IMG/VR virus record: IMGVR_UViG_3300042888_001055 | Strand: one strand, 5' to 3' | Length of the DNA stretch: 64,000 bases | Source: a virus | Shown here: positions 35,045-45,840 of the stretch, piece by piece | Numbering within the stretch: the stretch's first letter is position 1 | Layout: the number at the start of each line of letters is the position of its first letter | The notes under the pieces: generated by a model | The model's input: the letters and a program-made list of their open reading frames with translations, nothing else | Database searches by the model: none | Told to the model about the DNA's origin: nothing | Position numbers and translations under genes: made by a program

Positions 35045-35632
35045 TTAGTCAAACTTGTTGGTGTCAATATCTACTATAATATGAATGCGATCATCATTGC
35101 TGTTATTTTCTACTCCGTGCAGTTGTCTATTCATTAATTGGCATAGGATTCCTTTCGGCATATGTATCGGCTTATTATCAGCCGGACCTATAAACAATAC
35201 CTGACTATTAGTTGTTATCGGTACATGAAATCTGTGATATCTTTGAAAGTACAATCCAGTGTCTATATGTGGTATAACTCTACCACCCGGTAATAATTTA
35301 ACTACCATAATGCGTCCCAACTCTTTTCCATTAACTACAGAATAGCACCATTCAATCATGCTATTTATTTGAGGGTACATATATCTTACACTACTATCCT
35401 TACATTCAATAATGTCTGATACAGCTTCACGTGTTCTTGGTGTATTTTGTTCTAATTTGTGTGTCCGAAGATGTGTTGTAATAGATGTTGCAAATACCGG
35501 ATCACGTTTTCTAAAATCCGAGATTACAGTGGTAGAATCCCAATTAATATTGTCAATTTCATTTTTAGTAGAATTGAATAATTCTGTTGGCACTGATTCT
35601 ATTAAACGAACATGATTTTCTTTTATAAACAT
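35045..35632 (-). CDS. Aspartyl/asparaginyl beta-hydroxylase-like Fe(II)/2OG oxygenase
   Basis: LLPGGRVIPHID...RFHVPI...HGVEN...RIHIIVD. Confidence 0.8.
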   Translation of the reverse strand: MFIKENHVRLIESVPTELFNSTKNEIDNINWDSTTVISDFRKRDPVFATSITTHLRTHKLEQNTPRTREAVSDIIECKDSSVRYMYPQINSMIEWCYSVVNGKELGRIMVVKLLPGGRVIPHIDTGLYFQRYHRFHVPITTNSQVLFIGPADNKPIHMPKGILCQLMNRQLHGVENNSNDDRIHIIVDIDTNKFD

Positions 35633-35691
35633 TGAGAACTATTTATATTAATATAAATACTATATATATTTGTGTACAAAGGAGTTACAAA

Positions 35692-36231
35692 ATGAGCGTA
35701 ATTACATTTTTTGCGGCCGCACCAGAATCTACCGTAAGTCAATCAGTTACTGAGGTTAATTCTATAGATTGGGATGGATCACCCATCGATGGTATTGAAA
35801 TTGATAGTAATGATAACATCAAGGTTATGATGTTGTCACAACTGAACGATCTAGGTGATACTGTTGAAGAAATAAATAATACTGTAATATTTAATCAACT
35901 TACCCCTTTACTTTATCCAGGAATTTATTCTTTAATAGATTGGCTAAAGAGTACAGTCGGAGCATCCTACATTGGAAAAACAAGAATTGTGGCATTATTA
36001 CCGGGAAAAGGTATACCGGATCACATTAATAATAGTTCATATTACTCTAAGTATACCCGATATCATATTCCTCTAGTAACTCATTCTGATGTTAAAATTA
36101 TAGAAACACTCACATCTACAGAAGAAAACATGTTAGTTGGTAACGTTTATACGTTATCTAATACAATAAGCCACAGTTTTAAAAATAATTCTAATATTAC
36201 TAGGATACATCTTATAGTAGATTTGGCATGA
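35692..36231 (+). CDS. AspH-like oxygenase
   Basis: LLPGKGIPDHIN...RYHIPL...HSFKN...RIHLIVD; start MSVITF with SD AAGGAG. Confidence 0.75.
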   Translation: MSVITFFAAAPESTVSQSVTEVNSIDWDGSPIDGIEIDSNDNIKVMMLSQLNDLGDTVEEINNTVIFNQLTPLLYPGIYSLIDWLKSTVGASYIGKTRIVALLPGKGIPDHINNSSYYSKYTRYHIPLVTHSDVKIIETLTSTEENMLVGNVYTLSNTISHSFKNNSNITRIHLIVDLA

Positions 36232-36755
36232 AATACAATTTTCTTTTTAAAAAAATACTAGATGTAGATGATAGTGTTTTAGATGTATTAGAGGATTATG
36301 CAATGTCAGTTGAGTATGGGGATAATCTTGGTTTTTATAAGGGTAAAGGAATCAGAACACACATGATAGAAAACGTGTTAAACGTTCAACCGGCAATAGA
36401 AGCACTTTCAAATATTGTTAACCCTAACGGTTATTTAAATTCTTATATTAATATATTGCCAGCAAATCATTATATTTTTGAACATAGTGACGTGGGTGAG
36501 GGAAAATTCTTCAGTGATAATTTAACTATACACAAAATACATATTCCATTAATAACCAATCAATCATCTGGTCATATGTGGAAATGTTTTTATGAAGAAA
36601 ATAAACAGGTTGCCGTTAATTTTGAACGCGGTGCATCATATTTATTCAACAATATTGACATACATTCAGCCGTAAATTTTTCTTCTAGTGAAGATCGATA
36701 TCATTTAATTCTGAGATATCGACAGGATTCTATTGCAGAATCTTTTTACAGTTAA
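36228..36755 (+). CDS. AspH-like oxygenase
   Basis: EHSD...KIHIPL...HSAVN...RYHLI. Confidence 0.75.
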   Translation: MKYNFLFKKILDVDDSVLDVLEDYAMSVEYGDNLGFYKGKGIRTHMIENVLNVQPAIEALSNIVNPNGYLNSYINILPANHYIFEHSDVGEGKFFSDNLTIHKIHIPLITNQSSGHMWKCFYEENKQVAVNFERGASYLFNNIDIHSAVNFSSSEDRYHLILRYRQDSIAESFYS

Positions 36756-37891
36756 TCTATCAAATTTCCCATATAATAATAACTAGAATCAATAGACGGA
36801 AATTGTCCGTTTTTCATTACTACATTTGTAGTATCTAGTTTATTTAAATAAGAACTCCAATGATATCTCCATCCCTTTTTTATTTTCATAATTTCAGGAT
36901 GTGTTTCTACTATAATATCAAATTGGCTCATATCATCTATTTCTCCTACAATAGGTTTTCTAACTTGAAATTTAGATATATCCCAGTCCGGGTATATTAT
37001 GGGTTTTATTAATTCACTATACTTATCCCATCGTTCTGTATGTCGACCAATCCATTTTGGTTTATATAATAAGTCTTGATATTGCGGATTTCTTTTAAAC
37101 CATAAAAATACTTGATATGCTCTTTCTAATGCAAGTTCAGGAAAGTCAGGAGTCCAGAAAAAATATTCAGTACCATATGGATTAGTTACAGTTGGTGGGA
37201 TAAGTACCATTGGTTTGTCAGGAAAAGTAGTGTATGCCTTATTGTCCTTAGCTAAGAGTACGGGCTTTTCTACTCCATTGATAACTCCGACCTTTTTCCC
37301 ACGTTCTATTAATTTTATTTCTATATCATTATTACTATGTTCCGGATGCTTTAGAATATATGACATAAAATACAATCCTCTATGTGATTGAAATTTGTCA
37401 TCACCGAAACTATTTGCTGTTATGCCATCAAGCCAATCGATTAATTTGATTTCTATTTCCGGATGGTATGTTGATATGTACTCAAGATCAGGTTTAATAA
37501 TATAATCCCATTCTGACAATTGATTTTTAGCTGATGTATCTATTAAATTTGGGTTATGTATTTTTTGATTAATCAAATTAAACGGTTGTTTAACCATTAT
37601 CTGATCAAGTTTGATATTATTTTGTAGAAACGCCTGTAAAATACAATGACTATCACTACCACCGCTATATTGTAAAATTAGATAATCATATGAATCTCGT
37701 AGCATCTGGGCACGTTGTTTATATAATTCTTTAAGAGCCGTTCTACCTAATAGAGATTTATCAAAGTTTCTCCAAATATTATCATAGTAATGCCATTTAA
37801 TGGGTAAACCTGTTTTAGATTTTTCTAAAAAGGCAAGCATTGAATTAGTAATTATTTTATCACCGACAGTATAATGTCCATACTTACTCAC
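36752..37891 (-). CDS. PP-loop (asparagine-synthetase-like) protein
   Basis: LQYSGGSDS; GVEKP; EYFFWTPD. Confidence 0.7.
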   Translation of the reverse strand: MSKYGHYTVGDKIITNSMLAFLEKSKTGLPIKWHYYDNIWRNFDKSLLGRTALKELYKQRAQMLRDSYDYLILQYSGGSDSHCILQAFLQNNIKLDQIMVKQPFNLINQKIHNPNLIDTSAKNQLSEWDYIIKPDLEYISTYHPEIEIKLIDWLDGITANSFGDDKFQSHRGLYFMSYILKHPEHSNNDIEIKLIERGKKVGVINGVEKPVLLAKDNKAYTTFPDKPMVLIPPTVTNPYGTEYFFWTPDFPELALERAYQVFLWFKRNPQYQDLLYKPKWIGRHTERWDKYSELIKPIIYPDWDISKFQVRKPIVGEIDDMSQFDIIVETHPEIMKIKKGWRYHWSSYLNKLDTTNVVMKNGQFPSIDSSYYYMGNLID

Positions 37892-38820
37892 TTAAAAATC
37901 CCTTCAAGCCTTTCTTTATTTGCCATCATATTATCAAGTCTTTTATTAATTGCCGGGATAGATAAATCAGAATTATTAAAATATATCTGATTCTGTGTCC
38001 ATATTTCTTTCGCTTCGGGTGTTGACATAATTGTACTTAATTGCAAATTATATTGTGCAATTACTGATTTTGGTGTGCCTGCAGGAACCATTAATGCAAT
38101 TGTACTATCAATAAATGATCCAAATCCTTTAAAGGTTTCTGCCACCGTAGGGATATCCGGTAACTCGTTAAGTCGGTTGTTATTAACTACTGCAATGATT
38201 TTTATACGATCATTCTTATGCAACATTCTAGCTGTACTTCCATTTAATATAGCAAATTCAACGTGTCCACCTGCTATATCAGTGCCCAACTGACCGGCCG
38301 ATTTATAAGGAACTACCGTAACTTGTTTGCTTCCCAAGTTTTCTGCTAGCTCGGTAGTCCAAGCTTTTACAATACCCGACATACTACCCAACGAAATGTT
38401 TTCTCCTGCATCAATTCTTTTTTGGATATCAGAAATAGTAGACGATTTGCTATTTGGAGCCGCTACTACCATAGATACTGCACGGCCAAGACTTATTACC
38501 ATTTCGAAATCCTGTCTTGTGTATGTCTTGTTTGATTTATACAATACATCTGATAGTACAAATGTGCTAGCAAGACCGCATAACATGAATGTGTTATTTT
38601 CACCATGTTGTTTATAATAGTTTGCCGCAATTACTCCGTCAGCGCCAGGTTTACGGTTGAAAATTAAAGTAGTGTCTGGCATTTTCGAAAATAGGTATCG
38701 CATTATATTAGTAGAAGAACCTCCCTCTCCTATAGCTGTAGTTACTGTAATTACTTCAGCCTGTGCTATACCTATTAAGGATAGTAGTATAATAGTAAAT
38801 ATTTTTTTCATGTAAATCAT
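37888..38820 (-). CDS. Bug/TctC-family periplasmic solute-binding protein
   Basis: Signal peptide; NRKPGADG.IA, VPYKS, LPDIPTVAE, PAGTP. Confidence 0.85.
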   Translation of the reverse strand: MIYMKKIFTIILLSLIGIAQAEVITVTTAIGEGGSSTNIMRYLFSKMPDTTLIFNRKPGADGVIAANYYKQHGENNTFMLCGLASTFVLSDVLYKSNKTYTRQDFEMVISLGRAVSMVVAAPNSKSSTISDIQKRIDAGENISLGSMSGIVKAWTTELAENLGSKQVTVVPYKSAGQLGTDIAGGHVEFAILNGSTARMLHKNDRIKIIAVVNNNRLNELPDIPTVAETFKGFGSFIDSTIALMVPAGTPKSVIAQYNLQLSTIMSTPEAKEIWTQNQIYFNNSDLSIPAINKRLDNMMANKERLEGIFK

Positions 38821-38880
38821 CCATCTATTTATTAAAGGATTTTGTCTACTATAAATATATGTAACATTGAAGTGAGAAAT

Positions 38881-40191
38881 ATGTTTTGTAAAACTATCTG
38901 GAATGGGATTTATATTTTACCGTACGGTGATATTCGGCTGTGTTCTATTGGAAACAATTCCGATGCATCATTAGATATGAATACTGCTAGGGATGAGAAC
39001 GGTGTTGCTATGAATATTCTTACTCATAGCATCAAGGAAATTGTTAATTCTAAAAAACATCTTGAGGTAAGAAAACTAAACATAGATGATCCAACGGCGT
39101 GGAGCCAGCATTGTTCTTGCTGTGAGAATAGGGAAATGGTTACTAAAAATAATGTATTACACCCTAATTCAAGTAGAAGGTTATATTTAAAACAGGTTAT
39201 AAAATCAAACGACATAGTTACTGAATCAAACTGTACAGAAAAAGCCAGCGCAGATGGTAATATCGACTGGTATCCGAGTAGTTTAGATATACGATTTGGA
39301 AATCTATGCAATCAAAAATGCGTAATGTGCAGTCCTATATATAGTAAACTATGGTATGATGAATATACTGAATACTATAAAACCAATCTATTTGGTAGCG
39401 GTACAAATAATAAGAAAATTTCTTTAGTTAAAAATAACAACGGTCAATGGCAACAACCCAAAGAAATGGAATGGTACGAAGATCCAAGGTGGTGGCCAAA
39501 GTTTAAAGAAATGATGCCATATCTACGACACATTTATGTGACCGGGGGTGAGCCAATGATTGTACCATCGCACGATACAATGTTAGATATACTAATAGAG
39601 AATGATTTAGCAAAGAACATAGTACTTGAGTATGATACAAATCTAACTGTCATTAATACAAAATTATTCCATCGTTGGAAACATTTTAATAAGGTGTTGA
39701 TTCGTGTTAGTATGGATGCTATTAAAGAAAAATATAATTTAATTAGGTTTGGAGGTAACTGGGAAAAGTTTGTTGATAATATTGAAAAACTAAAAACATA
39801 TGAAGAAGAATCCGAAGGACGAATTAAGATACAAGCAATCACCTCTTGTTTTCAAATCAGTACAGCATTGAATATTGTAGAATCAGAAGAATGGTGTAAT
39901 ACTATGAAGTTGCCATTTCATATTAGGTTTTTAGATGGCCCTGACAAACATGCTACTATGTCACTACCCATTTCTGCAAAAGAAGAATTAATAGATTTTT
40001 ATTCAAATCATAATACAGAAAAATCAAAACTAATAGTAAATTATCTATCGGAGCACTTATATTCGACACGAGGATCAGTGGACGAGATACATTCATTTAT
40101 TAATTTCATGGATTTCCTTGACAATAGCAGATCAACTAACTGGAGAGAGACTCTTTCGGATATCCACACTTTCCTTGAAAGGCATAAATGA
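38881..40191 (+). CDS. Radical SAM protein with N-terminal twitch/SPASM-like Cys domain
   Basis: CNQKCVMC, TGGEP, YDTN; N-terminal FC..W...C...CSCC. Confidence 0.9.
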   Translation: MFCKTIWNGIYILPYGDIRLCSIGNNSDASLDMNTARDENGVAMNILTHSIKEIVNSKKHLEVRKLNIDDPTAWSQHCSCCENREMVTKNNVLHPNSSRRLYLKQVIKSNDIVTESNCTEKASADGNIDWYPSSLDIRFGNLCNQKCVMCSPIYSKLWYDEYTEYYKTNLFGSGTNNKKISLVKNNNGQWQQPKEMEWYEDPRWWPKFKEMMPYLRHIYVTGGEPMIVPSHDTMLDILIENDLAKNIVLEYDTNLTVINTKLFHRWKHFNKVLIRVSMDAIKEKYNLIRFGGNWEKFVDNIEKLKTYEEESEGRIKIQAITSCFQISTALNIVESEEWCNTMKLPFHIRFLDGPDKHATMSLPISAKEELIDFYSNHNTEKSKLIVNYLSEHLYSTRGSVDEIHSFINFMDFLDNSRSTNWRETLSDIHTFLERHK

Positions 40192-40775
40192 ATTATATAC
40201 ATTTAGGTAAGGCCCCGCAATCATTTATTGAAAAAATACAAAAATTAATTGAATTAAAGCACGATACCAATGCCACATATGAATGGATAATGTTTGATTA
40301 CGGCATGCAAGAAATATTTAATTCTGTGTTTCCTATCCCTGAACTAAAAATACAATATTTACCTAATAATGTAATAAATCAAAAAGCGTTTTTTTCTAGC
40401 CCATTTAATGGTTTTAGACCACATAAAGATGGTATTGATTGTCAATGCGCTCTTAATATTGCCGTCTCATGTAATAAAGAAGATTGGGTAAGATGGTATG
40501 ATGAAGATTATATTAATAATATTTCAAGCACACATAGAAACAATACAACAGAATCTCATAGACATAGTAGAAACACAGACCTGCATGAATATGAGGATAT
40601 CCCATTTATTGACGAAATGAGACAAAATATAGGTGATGTTTATTTAGTTAATACTAATGTTTATCATAGTTTCAAATGCTATGGACCACTTAATCGTATA
40701 ATTATACAGACTAAGCTTGAAGATAATCCTAATATTGTAGAAGTTTATGAAAATTTAAAATATTATTTTAAATAA
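40188..40775 (+). CDS. Cupin / Fe(II)-2OG oxygenase-like protein
   Basis: PHKDG...ALNI...YHSF...RI. Confidence 0.65.
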   Translation: MNYIHLGKAPQSFIEKIQKLIELKHDTNATYEWIMFDYGMQEIFNSVFPIPELKIQYLPNNVINQKAFFSSPFNGFRPHKDGIDCQCALNIAVSCNKEDWVRWYDEDYINNISSTHRNNTTESHRHSRNTDLHEYEDIPFIDEMRQNIGDVYLVNTNVYHSFKCYGPLNRIIIQTKLEDNPNIVEVYENLKYYFK

Positions 40776-41631
40776 CTAAATCAATATTTGCCCTATAGAA
40801 ATTGCGAATTTCGCCGGAATTCAGAATAAGTTTACTTCTATTATGAACAAAAGACCAATTATCATAAATTGCTATATCAAACGTGTCCCAAGTGTGATAG
40901 TAGGTACGATTTGGTATTTTTAATAATTCTTTAATATACGTTCCTATTAGAGAACAATCTGGTTGAAGTATATCATCAATTTTTACATTGCATATCCAAG
41001 CATCCTTACATACTCCGGGTATATTATAGAAATTCAATCTTAATGATTTTTCTTTAGTGACAGGATGTTCTTTTATGAAATCAAATTCTTGCAAATCTTG
41101 TAGTGGTTTATGCTCAGGCCCAGATACTTTATACCAACTCTGTTGAATAATTTTAACTCTTGGGATTAGTTTTAAGAGTTCTTCATTCATATCTGTTAAC
41201 GGAAGATTTATATTTAAAAACCCAGTTATACCTGAAATTTCAGGATTTGGATTTTGTGTAATCCAAAGACTACGAAACGGAAACGGGTTCTCTCTCTTAT
41301 TAGGAATATCAGCATGCCATGGCATTGGTTGAACATTAAGTCTAGGAGCATTTATATTATTGAACGGGCTTAATACATAGTCACCCATAGGTGTAGTTAT
41401 TGTTTCAGTTTTTTCTTGACTATATGAATAATCAGTTTTATTCCACATATTACCAAACTGTGAGCAGAACAAGGCATAATCTTCAACTGAAAAATTCATT
41501 TTTTTGAACACAAGTAATTTTCTAGCATATATCAATGATCTCCAAAAAGAAAAATCTTTGTTAAAAAAGTCTTTTGGATTTTCAAATTCTATTGTTGAAC
41601 CCCAAGATTCATGTATGTTCTTTATTTTCAT
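40768..41631 (-). CDS. TauD/TfdA-family dioxygenase
   Basis: WHAD...HPVT...DIAIYDNW..VHNR. Confidence 0.85.
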   Translation of the reverse strand: MKIKNIHESWGSTIEFENPKDFFNKDFSFWRSLIYARKLLVFKKMNFSVEDYALFCSQFGNMWNKTDYSYSQEKTETITTPMGDYVLSPFNNINAPRLNVQPMPWHADIPNKRENPFPFRSLWITQNPNPEISGITGFLNINLPLTDMNEELLKLIPRVKIIQQSWYKVSGPEHKPLQDLQEFDFIKEHPVTKEKSLRLNFYNIPGVCKDAWICNVKIDDILQPDCSLIGTYIKELLKIPNRTYYHTWDTFDIAIYDNWSFVHNRSKLILNSGEIRNFYRANIDLVI

Positions 41632-41661
41632 ATTGGTTATTTTATATAGATAAATATCCAT

Positions 41662-42282
41662 ATGCATATATTAAATTCGCACAGTGACATATGTTATCCT
41701 ATTACACTGACTACAAACCTTAATAATTTAAATGAGTCAATATCAACACTATTTATTAGATTGGGTATTAGCAAAGAATTATTCTTTAAAGATTTAGAGA
41801 AAGCTTTGATAATTACACTAAATCTGTCTCATTTACCAACTTTGCAAGGAGCTGATAGGTGGAAAAAACATGCAGGAAATCACCCATCGGTTAAAGCTGA
41901 ATCAGTTTCTGAGATTGATTTTACACAGTTTCTTACTGAGATGGATGATCTTTATATTAAAAAAGTAATAGATGATATATTCACATACCATGAACTTAAA
42001 TTTGGAAAGAAATTTCAAGGTAGGTGTCAATTGATTGCTAGTCGAGCACCTCAATGTTATAAAATACATAGAGATTTACATACTACCCATAGATATCATA
42101 TACCGTTAGAAACTGATGAAAGATTTTTATGGTTATTTGAAGATGATAATAAGGATATTACATTACTTCATATGCCAGCTGACGGTAGAATATGGTATCT
42201 AAATCCAGTAACTGCTAAACATACAGTGATTCACGTAGGCTCATCAATTCGTTTTCATATTCTATTAACTAGCAGTGTTTAG
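41662..42282 (+). CDS. AspH-like oxygenase
   Basis: IHRD...RYHIPL...HTVIH...RFHIL. Confidence 0.7.
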   Translation: MHILNSHSDICYPITLTTNLNNLNESISTLFIRLGISKELFFKDLEKALIITLNLSHLPTLQGADRWKKHAGNHPSVKAESVSEIDFTQFLTEMDDLYIKKVIDDIFTYHELKFGKKFQGRCQLIASRAPQCYKIHRDLHTTHRYHIPLETDERFLWLFEDDNKDITLLHMPADGRIWYLNPVTAKHTVIHVGSSIRFHILLTSSV

Positions 42283-42293
42283 TAGCAACTAAG

Positions 42294-43085
42294 TTATTTT
42301 AAGAAAGGTAGAAAAATTCTGCAAGGATCAAATTCCCACCATTTGCCACTAATATTAGTTCCGAAGTCATATGACTTAGGGTCATGATGATGATTATTAT
42401 GCCAACCTTGTCCCCATCCTAAATAGCCTAAAACAAAATTATTCTGACTCATATCGGTGGTGTCAAAATTTCGATATCCAATTATAGATTTCCAATGTCC
42501 AAACAAATTAGTAAGATTGTCTTGAACCAGTGTAATTGCAATGGGTAGACATAATAATGACAAACTCAATTTCCAATTGATCAATGCAACCAATATTGGT
42601 ATTCCCCATAATATTTTAAATTGATTATTATGAAACCAAATGTGATTCTCTTTACGTAACAGATTGGCTGCATATCGCATGTTTATAGGATTAGCTTCAG
42701 TAATCTTAGTTGTCCACGTGAATACTGAATGAATTTTGCCGTGTATTGGACTATGCAAATCTTTAGGAGTGTCACTGTATCTATGATGATACCCTCTATG
42801 AATTGCTACCCAAGAAATACTTGATCCTTCACCACTAAGTATTCCAAAAAACAATATAAGATTTTCTTTCCATTTTGGAAGATTTGGATGAGTGTTGTGT
42901 GAAAAAATTCTATGGAATCCTACTGCTACTCCTAGACCGGCAATACATACCCAGCCCAAGAATGTAAACCAAAGATACCATAATGGTATAGCACTATTAA
43001 TAAACAATATAATAGTAAATATACCTAATGTTATAAATGGTATAAAGCTGAACCAGGAATATCTAGAAATATTTTTGAACATCAT
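42294..43085 (-). CDS. Membrane fatty-acid (delta-9-type) desaturase
   Basis: His boxes HRIFSH, HRGYHH, HNNHH; WWEFDP. Confidence 0.92.
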   Translation of the reverse strand: MMFKNISRYSWFSFIPFITLGIFTIILFINSAIPLWYLWFTFLGWVCIAGLGVAVGFHRIFSHNTHPNLPKWKENLILFFGILSGEGSSISWVAIHRGYHHRYSDTPKDLHSPIHGKIHSVFTWTTKITEANPINMRYAANLLRKENHIWFHNNQFKILWGIPILVALINWKLSLSLLCLPIAITLVQDNLTNLFGHWKSIIGYRNFDTTDMSQNNFVLGYLGWGQGWHNNHHHDPKSYDFGTNISGKWWEFDPCRIFLPFLK

Positions 43086-43089
43086 GTAT

Positions 43090-43686
43090 TTATAATCTTC
43101 CTGCGTTTGACCAATTAGTGCGATATGCGTTTTTTAAAAATGTGCAACGAACTACAGTATCAATTGGTATCAAAGTACGATTATATAATATTTGCCAATG
43201 TAAATTATACTTGCATTGATGTTTTAAAGGTATCATATACTCATCGAAATAATCATATCTTTCATTAGCCCATTCACTGAAGGTAAATCTTCTTAATAAC
43301 TTTGCATGTTTAGCAGACCATAATGTATAAAACTTTAATCTACCTCGTTCTTCATTGTGCTTGATTGCAGTATCTAGTAATAATTGTGCTACTTTTTTAT
43401 CCCCTGAGTTTTTTATGTGTGTTCCGTACCAACTAGCATCATCTGTTGATTCATAGAATCCTATCAAACCCTGAACTATACCTCCGTCATCTATAGCACC
43501 ATAGGCATGATAATTATTCAAATCTGACAAATATGTGTCGCTGAATGCAGTATGATAATATTCTACATAGTCTTGGTCAGTAGCAACAAAATAATTACTG
43601 TGAACCATGGAGCCCATATATTTTTTCTTTTCAAAAAGTCTACGTACACCTAATATATTAGATGAATCTAATTTAACAATTTTCAT
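43090..43686 (-). CDS. Hypothetical protein, GNAT-like
   Basis: AYGAIDDG..QGLIGF..., VAQLLLD.AI pattern. Confidence 0.5.
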   Translation of the reverse strand: MKIVKLDSSNILGVRRLFEKKKYMGSMVHSNYFVATDQDYVEYYHTAFSDTYLSDLNNYHAYGAIDDGGIVQGLIGFYESTDDASWYGTHIKNSGDKKVAQLLLDTAIKHNEERGRLKFYTLWSAKHAKLLRRFTFSEWANERYDYFDEYMIPLKHQCKYNLHWQILYNRTLIPIDTVVRCTFLKNAYRTNWSNAGRL

Positions 43687-44600
43687 TCATTACCTTTTAA
43701 CATATTAATAACTTTATTAAATTCTATTCCATCAACATTTGATTCTAATCTCATTATTTGTTCATATGTTAGCTGTCTATACGCTTCAAAATTAAAACCC
43801 AATAATTTTTCAAATCCATGTGTCTTTTTACGAACTCTAATTTCAGGTACTAGCTTTTTTAATATAGTATTTTTGCTACTTACTGATGATAGTTTATAAT
43901 TATATTTGGTAGATACTAAATTAACAATATCAGGATCTTCTAAATAATAGAGTAACAATTCAGGAGTATAACTAAAATATTCATTAACCAATGGTATACC
44001 AAATTTTAAACTAAAACGCATTGCACTAGCATCTTCATTCTCACGTATACAGTAAAACCAAGTACTTGGATCAGTATTGATATTTCTTTTTAAAAATACT
44101 TCCCCACCCATTACTGCCGGCATTCCTATTTTTTTAATAGAATGATATACCATTAAATATGTAATCTGTGTACATTGCAATTCTCTACCAAACTCACTAG
44201 CCTCACCGCTGTATAGAAAATCTTTTACATCAAAATCTATGATGTTCAACTCTAAATCTAATTCTGTAGCTAAATCAATTGCTTCATTCACATCAAAAAT
44301 ATTATAGTCATCTTTAAATTTAATGACAAAACATTTGGGTTTTATACCAATATCTACAAAGTTTCTAGCAACAATTTCGCTATCTGTTCCGCCACTGAGA
44401 AACAATGCAATATCCGATTTGTAGTCTTGGTAAATCAAATCAGCCGTTCTATGTAATTCTTGCTTATAATTACTTTTTTTATAATGATCCTTATCAATTG
44501 ATCCCAAAAAAATCTTGTAACGCTGTATTGGTGAGGTTCTGTATCCAAACTCTACCCCATCAATTGAATATTTTAAATGATTTTGATGAGTAAAATACAT
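43683..44600 (-). CDS. PP-loop (asparagine-synthetase-like) protein
   Basis: LFLSGGTDSE; R.KTHGFE; paralog of 21210. Confidence 0.72.
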   Translation of the reverse strand: MYFTHQNHLKYSIDGVEFGYRTSPIQRYKIFLGSIDKDHYKKSNYKQELHRTADLIYQDYKSDIALFLSGGTDSEIVARNFVDIGIKPKCFVIKFKDDYNIFDVNEAIDLATELDLELNIIDFDVKDFLYSGEASEFGRELQCTQITYLMVYHSIKKIGMPAVMGGEVFLKRNINTDPSTWFYCIRENEDASAMRFSLKFGIPLVNEYFSYTPELLLYYLEDPDIVNLVSTKYNYKLSSVSSKNTILKKLVPEIRVRKKTHGFEKLLGFNFEAYRQLTYEQIMRLESNVDGIEFNKVINMLKGNE

Positions 44601-44621
44601 AGTATGTTATTTAGCAGTGAA

Positions 44622-45212
44622 TTAGTCTGAGTATATTTTAACAACATCTTCAAAGTTTGGATTACCTGCAAATCTAATACTCATTAAGTATCTATAGTTT
44701 TTGTTTAACTTATTATCTATTCTATGCCAAACATCTGTATTAACTATAGATGGTGTTTCAATCAAACATCGGTGTGCCGGTGTGTACACACCGGCTGGTG
44801 TGTCTTCTATTCTATATGATGAATGATTTTTTTCAATTGTTGTTAATCTTACATTAGTGTATCCGGAAACAACTTTAAATTCATCAAATATATTTTCAAA
44901 CCAATCCATAAATCCCTCATCACAATTAAGTAATGGTATATTTAATGCAGCTTTTCTATCAATGCCATCACGATGAACCATGCCGGTTGATTCCGGGGTA
45001 ATAGCAAATATTTGAAATACTACCGGTTTTATTTTTAAACCAGCAAGCATCCAATCGGGAAAGTTATTTAGTTGTCTGTATATGATAGTATGACCGTCGC
45101 CGGTTTTTTCAGATAATATTTTTGCCCGATCATTATTAATAAATTGATTACCATATTCTTTTAATCTAAGAAAAAAGTCATTCCATTCTAAATGTGTTAC
45201 TACATTATTCAT
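44622..45212 (-). CDS. Cupin / Fe(II)-2OG oxygenase-like protein
   Basis: VHRDG..AALNIP...WHRIDN...R. Confidence 0.65.
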   Translation of the reverse strand: MNNVVTHLEWNDFFLRLKEYGNQFINNDRAKILSEKTGDGHTIIYRQLNNFPDWMLAGLKIKPVVFQIFAITPESTGMVHRDGIDRKAALNIPLLNCDEGFMDWFENIFDEFKVVSGYTNVRLTTIEKNHSSYRIEDTPAGVYTPAHRCLIETPSIVNTDVWHRIDNKLNKNYRYLMSIRFAGNPNFEDVVKIYSD

Positions 45213-45808
45213 TTTTTAATATCCAATATAGAAACTATACGAGGTTGTTCTACATTCATTTCTTCATAATCAACCCCGTGACTTAAATTACCATCATCAA
45301 ACATAAAAGAATTATCCATTCCTTCTTCCCATTTCTTTTTATCTCCCTCAATGTTAAATGTAAATCCGGGATTTGTTTGAAAACATATATGGGCTCGCCA
45401 AGCATGATTACTAACTCCATAATGATATGATAAGTTTGCTTTGGGATATGCAATATTAAAGAAACATTGTTCCAGTGTGTCATCAAACGTGTTTATAAAA
45501 TCCTGCCATCTTATCAATTTGTTATACACTTCAGGATATCTATTTTTAAATGGGTATCTATATAAACCATGTGTATCTGTCCATCTTGTTAATCTTAATT
45601 CATTTACATCTAATAAAGTTTTAGTAAGCTTAAATGCAACAACATCAATTCTACCATCATATAATAATTCTCCGGTGTTTCGTATGTATTTAGGTTTATC
45701 TGCCTTATTCATAGGCATCACGTGTTCAATAAATTCTGATTTTAACTCATCGTAATGAGTTGTATAATAATCAGCTATTTTTCCAATAAAAGGTAAAAAA
45801 TGTGTCAT
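45209..45808 (-). CDS. AspH-like oxygenase
   Basis: YHYG...RAHIC...W.EG...FDD...HGV...RIV..LDI. Confidence 0.75.
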   Translation of the reverse strand: MTHFLPFIGKIADYYTTHYDELKSEFIEHVMPMNKADKPKYIRNTGELLYDGRIDVVAFKLTKTLLDVNELRLTRWTDTHGLYRYPFKNRYPEVYNKLIRWQDFINTFDDTLEQCFFNIAYPKANLSYHYGVSNHAWRAHICFQTNPGFTFNIEGDKKKWEEGMDNSFMFDDGNLSHGVDYEEMNVEQPRIVSILDIKK

Positions 45809-45840
45809 TATTATTTCAATAAAAATTAATCTCTAGGGTG

